From NCBI GenBank assembly GCA_049363815.1, contig JBMQEM010000112.1:100-64099 (forward strand): DNA of 64,000 nt, read 5' to 3'. This DNA comes from Bacteroidota bacterium (GTDB lineage: Bacteria > Bacteroidota > Bacteroidia > AKYH767-A > 2013-40CM-41-45). Below the pieces are notes generated by a model. It did no database searches, had not been told where the DNA came from, and saw only the letters and a program-made list of their open reading frames with translations. The stretch's first letter is position 1. Each line of letters opens with the position of its first letter. Shown here piece after piece: positions 46,434-55,971 of this stretch. Both the position numbers and the translations under genes were made by a program.

Positions 46434-47831
46434 ATGCATAAAATTATCAGAATACTATCGGGACATGATGTATTCCAACAGATACCTGAAGAAAATGTAA
46501 TCGGCCGGCAAAGGTTCGTTTTATACCGAATATTTTCCTATACCGGCGCACTCGTTTGCACAGGAGTTTTTTTGCAAATGATGCTTACAATTCCTGATCC
46601 CGGGCTTCTTCCGTTTTTAATTCTGGCGCAGGGTTGCATCATGAAGTTTAATTTCTTCATGACAAGAAAAGCAGAAAAACTTCACAAGCATTACTGGATC
46701 ATGATGATCGCTGCATTCTGTCTGGTTCACAGTGTAGCATACACATGTGGCGGTATTATGACCGGCGGTTCATTGTACTGGGCAGTAATTATACTATATG
46801 CTTTCATGCTGCTTGGTAAAAAGCCAGGACAATATTTTACAGCCGGTGTGATAGCGCATTTCATTTATATGTTCATCATCAGCAGATTTACAGATCTGAC
46901 ATCCTTTGCAATGTTTAAGAATGATACAGCTCTGATAAGCCAGGACTTCTTAACGAATGGAATTCTGACAGCATTTTTGATCTCTACTCAAGCCGCCTAT
47001 CTTCAAAGTGGAAAAAATGTCGTCATTCAGAGTATTACAAAGTCGAGAGATACCCTTGCAGACAAAAACAAAGAGCTGGAGAATAAAAACAACTTACTCA
47101 ATGCCTATTCACACGGTCTTGAGAAAACAAATAAAGAAATGGAAAAATTTGTTTCCATTGCATCACATGACTTGAAATCGCCCTTAAGAGCTGTCGCCTG
47201 GTTGACAGCAATGATCGAAGAAGATATGGAAGGAAAGCTTCCAAAAGATGTTCAGACAAATTTCAATATCATTAAGCAACGTGTTAGCAGAATGGAACAA
47301 CTGCTGAATGGACTTTTAGATTATACTAAATCTGAAAAATCAGAATCTGAAATTACGGATGTCGATCTGAATCTAATCGTTGAAGACTTCCTTGCAATCG
47401 AACAAAATGGAAAAACCCCATCATTCATGATCCAGGAAGGAATGCCAAAGGTGAAAATGGAAGAATTAAAACTGAGGAGAGTACTTTCCAATATCATTGA
47501 CAATGCAATTCGATTTAATGACAAAGAAAGGATTGCAATCATGATCTCAACAGAAGTAAATGAAATCGAAACGATCATTCATATTGAGGATAACGGCCCA
47601 GGGATTGAAGAACAATATTTTGAAAAGATATTCGTCCTTTTCCAGACATTGAGCAGACGTGACGATCACGAATCAATGGGAGTAGGACTTTCAATTGCCA
47701 AAAAGATCATCGAACAACGAAACGGAAGAATATGGTTGAGGTCAACAGTAGGCGAAGGCACAAGATTTAGTTTCAGCATTCCGCATGAGGTGAAGAATGA
47801 TCTGCTTTTGGAACAAAGACAGGTAGCCTGA
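46434..47831 (+). CDS. membrane sensor histidine kinase (no adjacent response regulator)
   Basis: About 200-aa polytopic N-domain, coiled coil, HisKA (SIASHDLKSPLRAV) and HATPase_c (DNAIRFN, GVGLSIAKK). The start is ambiguous (TTG 46422 or ATG 46434). Confidence 0.8.
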   Translation: MHKIIRILSGHDVFQQIPEENVIGRQRFVLYRIFSYTGALVCTGVFLQMMLTIPDPGLLPFLILAQGCIMKFNFFMTRKAEKLHKHYWIMMIAAFCLVHSVAYTCGGIMTGGSLYWAVIILYAFMLLGKKPGQYFTAGVIAHFIYMFIISRFTDLTSFAMFKNDTALISQDFLTNGILTAFLISTQAAYLQSGKNVVIQSITKSRDTLADKNKELENKNNLLNAYSHGLEKTNKEMEKFVSIASHDLKSPLRAVAWLTAMIEEDMEGKLPKDVQTNFNIIKQRVSRMEQLLNGLLDYTKSEKSESEITDVDLNLIVEDFLAIEQNGKTPSFMIQEGMPKVKMEELKLRRVLSNIIDNAIRFNDKERIAIMISTEVNEIETIIHIEDNGPGIEEQYFEKIFVLFQTLSRRDDHESMGVGLSIAKKIIEQRNGRIWLRSTVGEGTRFSFSIPHEVKNDLLLEQRQVA

Positions 47832-47906
47832 AAAGAATTTAAACTGAAAGTGTGCAAGTTTTTAAAGAGAAGAAGGAATTCAAAATTGAATATACTATCG
47901 TTAGGT

Positions 47907-48596
47907 TCAAGTAATCAGAAATTTCTTAACGAACATCAATAGTACTTCCAAATTCACTTGTTCAAGAGGATGCGGAGTACCAGGTAAAATTCCGAGCTGC
48001 GCATTTGGCAAAAGTTTAAACACATTTACCGTTTCATCCAGAGTCACCATTTTATCTCTATCTCCCAATAAGATCAGAGCCGGTACTCCTATCTGGTGGT
48101 AACCTTCCGGCTCTAATGGATTTTTGATTCCTATCTTAATAAGAAATTTAGCTGTCTCTTCCACTACCTCTTTCCAATTAACAGGATGATGTCGCTCCTT
48201 CAATTCATTTGCAAATACCGGAATCTTAGCTTCAATTTTTTCAGCGCTTAACATCTGAACTTCTTTTTTTGAAGTCGATTCATCCCAATGAAACTTAGTA
48301 GCAAGCGTGATCAGTTTTTCTATTCTCTCAGGGAAATTCTTTGCAAGATACATCCCCACATAGCCACCCATACTATAGCCGAAAACCGAAACCTTTTCAA
48401 GTTTGTTTGAATCCAGAAATTTAATTACAGATTCCGCGAACAATTCCATTGAAAATCCTCTTTCAGGAATTAAGTTTCCCCCATGTCCGGGAAAATTAAA
48501 AGTTAAAACAGAATACTCTTTGTTCAAATGCTTCTCAAGAAGTTTAAACTGTTGCTTTGAGCCAATTGCTCCATGTAGCAATAAAATATTTTTCAT
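47907..48596 (-). CDS. alpha/beta-fold hydrolase
   Basis: HG oxyanion motif (LLLHGAIGS), nucleophile elbow GYSMGG, and a C-terminal His (PGTPHPLEQ). It lies 38 nt downstream of xdhB on the same strand. Confidence 0.75.
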   Translation of the reverse strand: MKNILLLHGAIGSKQQFKLLEKHLNKEYSVLTFNFPGHGGNLIPERGFSMELFAESVIKFLDSNKLEKVSVFGYSMGGYVGMYLAKNFPERIEKLITLATKFHWDESTSKKEVQMLSAEKIEAKIPVFANELKERHHPVNWKEVVEETAKFLIKIGIKNPLEPEGYHQIGVPALILLGDRDKMVTLDETVNVFKLLPNAQLGILPGTPHPLEQVNLEVLLMFVKKFLIT

Positions 48597-48634
48597 TTCA
48601 AAAGACCATTGTTTACGCTTACTCTACCGAAAAC

Positions 48635-50902
48635 TCATTTTTCACTTTTCACCTTAGCAACATTCAAGTTCATCAAAACCTTCTCCGGTGTCATCGGTGA
48701 ATCAAATGCCGACTTTGCTTCCGGATCGAAAGCTTTCATTGCTTCCCGTAATGCAAAGAAAGCACCGATTCCATACATCAAAGGTGGTTCACCGACAGCT
48801 TTAGAACGGAAGATCGCAAGGTTATCTACATTAGTCTGTAAAAAATCAATGTTTATCTCCTTAGGAACTGAATACACATCAGGAACTTTGTAGGTTGATA
48901 AAGCATTACTTCTAAGTTTACCTTCCTTATCATAGATCACTTCTTCCATTGTCATCCAACCGATTCCCTGCACTATTCCACCTTCAATTTGTCCTCTGTC
49001 AATTATCGCATTCATTGAAGCACCGAAATCATGCACAACATTCACGGAATCGAATTCATAGGTCCCCCGGAGACAATCAACGGTAGCAGTTATTATGGCA
49101 GTACCATATACATGATATGCAAACGGATGACCTTTTTCTTTTTTTGCATCGAAGAAAATTTCCGGAGTTGCATAATGGCTGTGTTCAGATAAACTCACAC
49201 GTCTTACATATGCTGCCATGATCAGTTGTTTCCAGTTCAGACTACTCTTTTCACCGTTTACCAATACATATTCGTCTTTGATCTTAATTTTCTCTTCCGG
49301 AACATTCAACTCCTGAGCGGCAACGGCAATGAGTCTTGACAATATTGCTTCACAAGCAAGTTGTGTAGCCTTGCCATTCAGATCCGCAGTTGCAGATGCT
49401 GCAGACGGTGAAGTATTCGCAATACGAAATGTATTTGTTGAATTGACCCTGATCATTGAAGGGTATATGGAAAAGATCCGGGATGCAACCTGCAGGATTT
49501 TAGTATTCACACCCTGACCCATTTCTACTGCACCTGTGCTGATATTGACACTTCCATCTGTATAGACATGCACCAGAGATCTGGCCTGATTCATCAACGT
49601 CTTGGTAAAACTGATGCCGAATGCAACAGGCATTAATGCAATCCCTTTTTTATATAAATGATTTTTCGAATTGAATTGTTCGACATTCTTCCTTGACAAT
49701 TCAAGATCGAATATCTTTTCAGCTTTCTCCCAACATTCATTTGCTTCGCTTACTGCGATCTGACCGTAAGGAAACTCGTTCCCATTCCTGATCAGGTTTC
49801 TCTTTTGAATTTCCGAAGCATGAATACAGAGTTTGTCAGCAGCATGTGCGATCGCGCTTTCGATAACAAACATTCCCTGAGGCCCTCCGAATCCACGAAA
49901 GGCTGTGTTAGGTGGAAGATTTGTTCTGCAACTATAAGCTGTAGCCTTAACATTTGGAATAAAGTAAGAATTGGTGCAATGGAAAAGCGTGCGCTCCATC
50001 ACAGCAGGTGAAAGATCAGCTGCAGCACCGGCATTCTGGTAAAACGTTGCCTCATATGCCAGTATCCTGAGATCTTTATCAAGCCCGATCCTGTAATCTG
50101 AAGAATATGGATGTCGTTTACCTGTCATTCGCATATCCTCCATTCGATGCAAAGAATATTTAACCGGACGCTTCAGATGATAAGTTGCCAGAGCACAAAG
50201 AGCTGCCCAGGTATTTGCCTGATCTTCTTTTCCACCAAATCCACCACCGAGACGAGTAACATCTACTTCGAGCAAATGCATTGGCACACCAAGTACTTTT
50301 GAACAAGCCCGTTGAACTGCAGTTGGTCCTTGTGTGGAGGAATATATTTTTATTGCCCCATTTTCCTTTGGCAAAGTATAAGCTCCTTGCGTTTCAATAT
50401 ATAAATGTTCCTGTCCGTTTGAATCTGCTCTTCCTTCAAAAACATGAGCACAATTTTTAAACGCACTTTCAGTATCTCCCAGTTTAAATGTCCGTGGCGG
50501 AATGATCAACTCGCCTTTCTCTTTAGCCTCACGGGGATCTGTTATAATATGTAAAGGAGAAATTTCAACTTTTATTTTCTTTACTGCCATTCTTGCCAGT
50601 TCATCTGATTCAGCAACAACGAATGCCACAGGCATTCCACAAAAGTGCACATGATGGTCTGCAATTAAAGGTTCATCAGGAATGATTCCTCCGATCTGGT
50701 TTTCTCCGGGAATATCTTTAGAAGTGAAGATCCTGACAACACCTTCAGATTGCAGTGCTTCAGAAAGGTCCAGAACTTTAATTTCACCATGAGCAACAGG
50801 AGAGTCAAATGCAACGCCGAAAAGAGTTCCTGCCAGTATGGGTATATCATCAAGATATACTGACTCACCGCGCAAGTGATTTTTACTGTCTATATTTTTC
50901 AT
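48635..50902 (-). CDS. xdhB: xanthine dehydrogenase, molybdopterin-binding large subunit
   Basis: Aldehyde oxidase/XDH a/b-hammerhead plus MoCo domains (GGGFGGKE, AFRGFGGPQG, GEPPL). Confidence 0.9.
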   Translation of the reverse strand: MKNIDSKNHLRGESVYLDDIPILAGTLFGVAFDSPVAHGEIKVLDLSEALQSEGVVRIFTSKDIPGENQIGGIIPDEPLIADHHVHFCGMPVAFVVAESDELARMAVKKIKVEISPLHIITDPREAKEKGELIIPPRTFKLGDTESAFKNCAHVFEGRADSNGQEHLYIETQGAYTLPKENGAIKIYSSTQGPTAVQRACSKVLGVPMHLLEVDVTRLGGGFGGKEDQANTWAALCALATYHLKRPVKYSLHRMEDMRMTGKRHPYSSDYRIGLDKDLRILAYEATFYQNAGAAADLSPAVMERTLFHCTNSYFIPNVKATAYSCRTNLPPNTAFRGFGGPQGMFVIESAIAHAADKLCIHASEIQKRNLIRNGNEFPYGQIAVSEANECWEKAEKIFDLELSRKNVEQFNSKNHLYKKGIALMPVAFGISFTKTLMNQARSLVHVYTDGSVNISTGAVEMGQGVNTKILQVASRIFSIYPSMIRVNSTNTFRIANTSPSAASATADLNGKATQLACEAILSRLIAVAAQELNVPEEKIKIKDEYVLVNGEKSSLNWKQLIMAAYVRRVSLSEHSHYATPEIFFDAKKEKGHPFAYHVYGTAIITATVDCLRGTYEFDSVNVVHDFGASMNAIIDRGQIEGGIVQGIGWMTMEEVIYDKEGKLRSNALSTYKVPDVYSVPKEINIDFLQTNVDNLAIFRSKAVGEPPLMYGIGAFFALREAMKAFDPEAKSAFDSPMTPEKVLMNLNVAKVKSEK

Positions 50903-50937
50903 ACTATATTGTCATTTTAAAATTGAAATGACATCTA

Positions 50938-52401
50938 TTACATTGTTATAAATTCCGGATTCACCAACTCAGGAAACCACACTGCAAAATGTCCCTTGAC
51001 AAGTTGATTCAGCAATCGTCTTTTATATTCTACTGTACCTCTTGCATCGCTTATCGGTGAAATTTCAGTCTGAATAATAGATAGCAACTGTTCGATCAGC
51101 TCAATGCTAATTTTTTTCCCGGTAATAAATTCAGATGACTTGTTTAAAAAAAGTGGTGTCGGACCAACTCCACCTGCAGAAATGCCTGCTTTTAAAACAA
51201 TGTTGTTTTGTGTTTCAATCAGAATAGCACTATTGACGCTAGCGATGTCCAGATTGGTTCGTTTGCAAACCTTTTCAAAATTAAATCTGGCATTTGCTGA
51301 AGGCAATGGAAAACGGACTGATTTAACAAATTCATCTGGTTGCTTGTCCAGTTTTTTATAACCCAGATAAAAATCCTTCAACTTGATTGTTCTTGAAGAA
51401 GACATCGTGCACAATTCAATGGAAGCATCAAGGGCAAGAAAGAATGCGGTAAAATCTCCAATTGGTGAAGCATTGACCAGATTACCGGCTATGGTCGCCA
51501 TATTTCGGATTGGGGTTGAAGACACCAGCCTGTAATATTTTTCAAATTCCGGAAACGCTTTACGGATAACTGAAGATTCAATCAGATCGGTTACTGTTGA
51601 ATTAGCACCAACCACACATTCACCATTATCTTCACTAATTCCGGAAAGGTCATTGTGATCAGAAAGAAAAGTTAATTTCGCATGCGGCATGGCATCGTGC
51701 TTCTGAACATACAGATCTGTTCCGCCACTGACAAAATAGTCAGCACCGGAAATTCCGTTATGATTATTGCAAGCCAATTGCAGCAAAGCCAGTTTTTCTT
51801 TTATTGTTGAAAAATAATCCGGAAGAATTTTATTCCGGGAAACGTAGACGATTGCTTCTTCATTCTTTCTCAACGAACACAGCTCAGCGATCTTTGTCAC
51901 AGCTCGCTGAATGGATTTATAACCTGTACATCTGCATATATTTCCATCAATAGCAGCCATTGCTTCAGTCTGGTAGTTAATAACATCTTCCCGCAGGCAA
52001 AATCCGGCTAAAGACATGACAAATCCCGGAGTACAAAATCCGCATTGAGTTGCTCCCTCATCGTTCATTGCTTGCTGAACCGGATTTAACACATCCATGT
52101 TCACGCCTTCAACAGTAACAATATGTTTACCGTGAGCATTAGCAAGTGGCATCAGGCAAGAAGTCATGGAACGGTAGCGCATTCTTCCGTCAATGATCTC
52201 TCCCACCAGTACTGTACATGCTCCACAATCACCTTCGCGACAACCGATCTTTGTACCTGTCATGTTTTTCATGTAGCGTACATAGTCCAGCACAACAACA
52301 CCGGGATGTCCCGAGTAGTTCACTTCTTTCTCATTCAAAATAAATTTAATCACATTCAGTTCCTTTAAATTATCCTCAGTCTTCAAAATACTTTTCCTCA
52401 T
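50938..52401 (-). CDS. xdhA: xanthine dehydrogenase small subunit (2Fe-2S + FAD-binding)
   Basis: CREGDCGACTV and CGFCTPG...CRCTGY iron-sulfur motifs, followed by an FAD-binding/CO-dehydrogenase flavoprotein domain. Confidence 0.9.
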   Translation of the reverse strand: MRKSILKTEDNLKELNVIKFILNEKEVNYSGHPGVVVLDYVRYMKNMTGTKIGCREGDCGACTVLVGEIIDGRMRYRSMTSCLMPLANAHGKHIVTVEGVNMDVLNPVQQAMNDEGATQCGFCTPGFVMSLAGFCLREDVINYQTEAMAAIDGNICRCTGYKSIQRAVTKIAELCSLRKNEEAIVYVSRNKILPDYFSTIKEKLALLQLACNNHNGISGADYFVSGGTDLYVQKHDAMPHAKLTFLSDHNDLSGISEDNGECVVGANSTVTDLIESSVIRKAFPEFEKYYRLVSSTPIRNMATIAGNLVNASPIGDFTAFFLALDASIELCTMSSSRTIKLKDFYLGYKKLDKQPDEFVKSVRFPLPSANARFNFEKVCKRTNLDIASVNSAILIETQNNIVLKAGISAGGVGPTPLFLNKSSEFITGKKISIELIEQLLSIIQTEISPISDARGTVEYKRRLLNQLVKGHFAVWFPELVNPEFITM

Positions 52402-52470
52402 GATAGTGATAATGCCTATTTTGCAGGCAGTCCCAATTCATATTGGACAAAAATAAAATTATTTCATGAA

Positions 52471-53466
52471 GTGAGTCCACATCAAAAACAAATATATTTT
52501 AAGTTAATTGCTCTTTGGGTCATTTGTGAAGCGATGTTAGGAGGAATCATCCATGGTTTTAAGTTGCCAATATCAGGTTTGATCGTGGGTGGATCTGCTG
52601 TAGTTTGTATCTGTCTTATCGGTCATCTGGTTCCATATAAAGGAGCAATTATCAGAGCTACAATAGTTGTGGCAATTTTTAAGATGATGCTTTCACCTCA
52701 AAGTCCATTTCCTGCCTATATCGCTGTCTTATTTCAGGGACTCTGCGGCGAATTACTGTTCTCTGCAGGGAAGAAACACTTTGCATTGAAAAGTTATACT
52801 CTTGCATTCCTGGCGCTGATCGAGTCAGCAATTCAGAGGGTTCTGGTGATGACAGTTTTATTTGGAGTAGATTTCTGGAAGGCTGTAAATGATTTTATTG
52901 TCAATCTGACAAAATCAGACCCCTCTGCAAATTTCAGCCTTTATCTGGTCTCACTTTATCTGTTTTTACACTTGCTGGCTGCGTTTTTAATAGGGAAGTT
53001 CTGTTCCGCAATTCCTGAAATGTTGAAATTTACCCGCGACGAAATGCAACCCTATCTGATCGACCTTACAATAAACAACAAAGAAGAAGCTACAATAAAA
53101 AGAAAGAAGGGCATCAGTTTCCTTTTTGTTGTTTGGCTTATACTGGCCGGTATTTATATCTACAACCAAATTTATCCGGAAGGAGTTTTCGCAAGCGGAC
53201 ATTCTTCCTTAAAATTTATTTTCCGTTCAGCAATAATACTGCTAACCTGGTATCTGATTTTTGCGCCCTTACTTCTGGGACTGCTTAAAAAATGGCTTGA
53301 CAAAAGAAAAGGGATGTATAAAAAAGAAATTGAGGAAATTGTGTTACTTCTTCCCTCCACTACTATCCTTATAAAGGAAAGCTGGAAGCGATCAAAAGGG
53401 CAAATCGGATTTTCCAGAATCAGGTTTTTCTGGAGAACTTTGATAATAAACTCTGTAGCGACCTGA
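52471..53466 (+). CDS. hypothetical polytopic membrane protein
   Basis: About 8 predicted hydrophobic helices. GTG start. Divergent from xdhA. No motif recognised. Confidence 0.5.
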   Translation: MSPHQKQIYFKLIALWVICEAMLGGIIHGFKLPISGLIVGGSAVVCICLIGHLVPYKGAIIRATIVVAIFKMMLSPQSPFPAYIAVLFQGLCGELLFSAGKKHFALKSYTLAFLALIESAIQRVLVMTVLFGVDFWKAVNDFIVNLTKSDPSANFSLYLVSLYLFLHLLAAFLIGKFCSAIPEMLKFTRDEMQPYLIDLTINNKEEATIKRKKGISFLFVVWLILAGIYIYNQIYPEGVFASGHSSLKFIFRSAIILLTWYLIFAPLLLGLLKKWLDKRKGMYKKEIEEIVLLLPSTTILIKESWKRSKGQIGFSRIRFFWRTLIINSVAT

Positions 53467-53537
53467 CTTTCTTTTTTTGCATTTGTAAAGGTTAAAAATA
53501 TTTTCTACCATTATAGTGAGTTTAAAACCCACATTGG

Positions 53538-54032
53538 ATGCAGAAGAAGGAAGTTTATATTTTGACAGGGACAATTCATTCAGGAAAAAGTTCAACACTA
53601 GGTAAATGGTGTCAGACCAGAAATGACGTCTTTGGTATTTTATCGCCTGTTGAAAATGGCAAACGATTTTTTCAGGACATTTCCAGTGGTGAAAAATTTC
53701 CGATGGAAGCAACCTCAGATGAGATCTCAACTATACCTATAGGAAAGTTCAAATTCAGCATGAATGCATTTTCAAAAGCCGTTGAAGTCCTATCGGGAAG
53801 TTCATATAATAAAAAAGGATGGCTGGTAATCGATGAGATCGGGCCACTTGAATTATCAGGGAGAGGGTTTGATGAAGTCCTGAAGGAAATTTTACAAGCA
53901 TCAGCTTCAAACATGAAGATCATTCTGGTCGTACGGGATACCCTTAAAGAAGATGTTATCCAACGGTACTCACTTAATGATCATTTGATCAAGGAAGTTA
54001 ATTTCCTTAGTGGTCAGGATGCATTAGTTTGA
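53538..54032 (+). CDS. THEP1/DUF2478-like P-loop NTPase
   Basis: Walker A (GTIHSGKSS) and Walker B-like VIDEIGPLEL. The 164-aa size and motif order match small NTPase_1 proteins. Confidence 0.6.
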   Translation: MQKKEVYILTGTIHSGKSSTLGKWCQTRNDVFGILSPVENGKRFFQDISSGEKFPMEATSDEISTIPIGKFKFSMNAFSKAVEVLSGSSYNKKGWLVIDEIGPLELSGRGFDEVLKEILQASASNMKIILVVRDTLKEDVIQRYSLNDHLIKEVNFLSGQDALV

Positions 54033-54079
54033 AAAGTCAAATATTCTTTGCATATTGAATCCCTTTTAAAAATTAATTT

Positions 54080-54514
54080 ATGGATGAATACATGCAAGCC
54101 GCCATTGACGAAGCCCGTTTGGGTCGCAAGGAAGGTGGAATACCTATCGGTTCAGTACTTGTAAGAGACGGCAAGATCATTGGCAGGGGACACAACAAGA
54201 GAGTTCAGGATGGAGACCCGATCACTCACGCTGAAATCGATTGTCTCCGGAATGCAGGCAGGGTCGGCGATTATAAAAACGCTGTTTTATATTCCACTCT
54301 TATGCCCTGTTATCTGTGTGCAGGAGCGGTTGTCCAATTTAACATCAAGACAGTTTACGCAGGAGAAAATGAGACCTTTTCAGGAGCCAAAGAATTCATG
54401 GAGTCGCATGGTGTAAAAGTTATCAATATCGATTCTGAAGAATGTAAAAAAATGATGTCTGAATTTATTGAAGAAAACCCTAAATTGTGGTTCGAAGATA
54501 TCGGAGAACTTTAA
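54080..54514 (+). CDS. Fcy1-type (CDA-fold) cytosine deaminase
   Basis: HAE...PCYLCAG zinc motifs. Colinear by eye with yeast Fcy1, including the C-terminal ...WFEDIGE(L). Confidence 0.75.
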   Translation: MDEYMQAAIDEARLGRKEGGIPIGSVLVRDGKIIGRGHNKRVQDGDPITHAEIDCLRNAGRVGDYKNAVLYSTLMPCYLCAGAVVQFNIKTVYAGENETFSGAKEFMESHGVKVINIDSEECKKMMSEFIEENPKLWFEDIGEL

Positions 54515-54547
54515 CATCAATTCTCAATTACAGTAAAAATTATTCCA

Positions 54548-55930
54548 ATGTCAATCCTAATTAAGAACGGTAAAGTTGTTACAGCATCTGAGGTTATGGA
54601 TGCAGATGTTTACATTGAAGGTGAAACAGTACGTGCGATAGGAAAAGATCTGCCATTTAAAGCAGACAAGACCATTGATGCAAAAGGTATGCTGATCATA
54701 CCTGGAGGCATCGATCCACATGTTCATCTCGATATGCCCTTCATGGGAACATTTTCAAGTGACAATTATACCACGGGAACATCAGCAGCATTATTCGGCG
54801 GAACTACTATGGTCATTGATTTCATTTTGCAGACCCAGGGTAAATCTCTCTATCATGCCCTGAAGGAATGGCAGGGAAGATCTGATAATAATGCATGTTG
54901 CGATTACTCTTTCCATATGGCTGTCACAGATTTCAATGACAATACCCGACAGGAGATATCAGACATGGTCAATAAGGAAGGAATCATATCCTTCAAGACG
55001 TTCATGGCTTACAAAGGAGCATTAATGATCGATGACAGACAAATGGTAGGACTTATGAATGAGGTGAAGAAGCAGGGTGGAATGGTTACTGTTCATGCTA
55101 CTAACGGCGACATGATCGACTACCTTATCGCCAGACATCGTTCTGAAGGAAAGCTTGCCCCACTCTATCATTACCTTTCACAACCGGAGATCACAGAATC
55201 CGAAGCATCCGGAAGATTTGCTGATATGGCATTTCACACTGGAGTTCCTGCATACATTGTTCATATGACATGCGAAGGCGCTTTGAATCAGGTCAGGGAT
55301 GCGGAGAAAAGAAACCAGAGAGTATTTGCTGAGACCTGTATCCAATACCTAGTACTCGATGCTTCACTATACGAAAAGAATTTTGAGGGAGCGAAATGGG
55401 TCATGAGTCCTCCGTTAAGAGAGAAAAAAGATCAGGCCGCACTTTGGGCAGGGATCAACCAGGGAAGCATTCAGGTTGTTGCAACGGATCATTGTCCATT
55501 TAAATGGGAACAAAAACTCATGGGTAAAGACGACTTTTCAAAAATACCGAACGGTCATCCTGCAATTGAACACAGAATGGAATTACTGTTCTCAGAAGGA
55601 GTAAATAAAGGAAAGATCTCACTGAATAAATTCGTTGAAGTATCATCAACTAATTCAGCCAAGATCTTTGGAATGTATCCGAAGAAAGGATGTATAGCAA
55701 TCGGGTCAGATGCCGATATTGTGATCTTTGATCCAAATGAGGAGCATGTTATCAGTGCAGAAAAGCATCATATGAATGTCGACTACAGTGCATATGAAGG
55801 ATGGAAAGTAAAAGGTAAGACAAAAACTGTTATTTTACGTGGTGAAATCGCTATTGAAAATAGCGAAAGAAAAGTTACTCCCGGCTTTGGGAAATTTATA
55901 AAAAGAAACAAAGTAAATGGGATCATTTAA
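54548..55930 (+). CDS. dihydropyrimidinase / D-hydantoinase
   Basis: GGIDPHVHLDMPFMG, carboxylated-Lys context (SFKTFMAYK), and VATDHCPF. Confidence 0.9.
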   Translation: MSILIKNGKVVTASEVMDADVYIEGETVRAIGKDLPFKADKTIDAKGMLIIPGGIDPHVHLDMPFMGTFSSDNYTTGTSAALFGGTTMVIDFILQTQGKSLYHALKEWQGRSDNNACCDYSFHMAVTDFNDNTRQEISDMVNKEGIISFKTFMAYKGALMIDDRQMVGLMNEVKKQGGMVTVHATNGDMIDYLIARHRSEGKLAPLYHYLSQPEITESEASGRFADMAFHTGVPAYIVHMTCEGALNQVRDAEKRNQRVFAETCIQYLVLDASLYEKNFEGAKWVMSPPLREKKDQAALWAGINQGSIQVVATDHCPFKWEQKLMGKDDFSKIPNGHPAIEHRMELLFSEGVNKGKISLNKFVEVSSTNSAKIFGMYPKKGCIAIGSDADIVIFDPNEEHVISAEKHHMNVDYSAYEGWKVKGKTKTVILRGEIAIENSERKVTPGFGKFIKRNKVNGII

Positions 55931-55971
55931 ACACCCTTTGTAAAAAATAAATTAACTCTAAAAAAATTATT

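Noticed and set aside
48609-48893. ORF 48609-48893 (+) spanning the hydrolase/xdhB junction
   Set aside because: It overlaps the conserved C-terminus of xdhB on the opposite strand and has no recognisable features.
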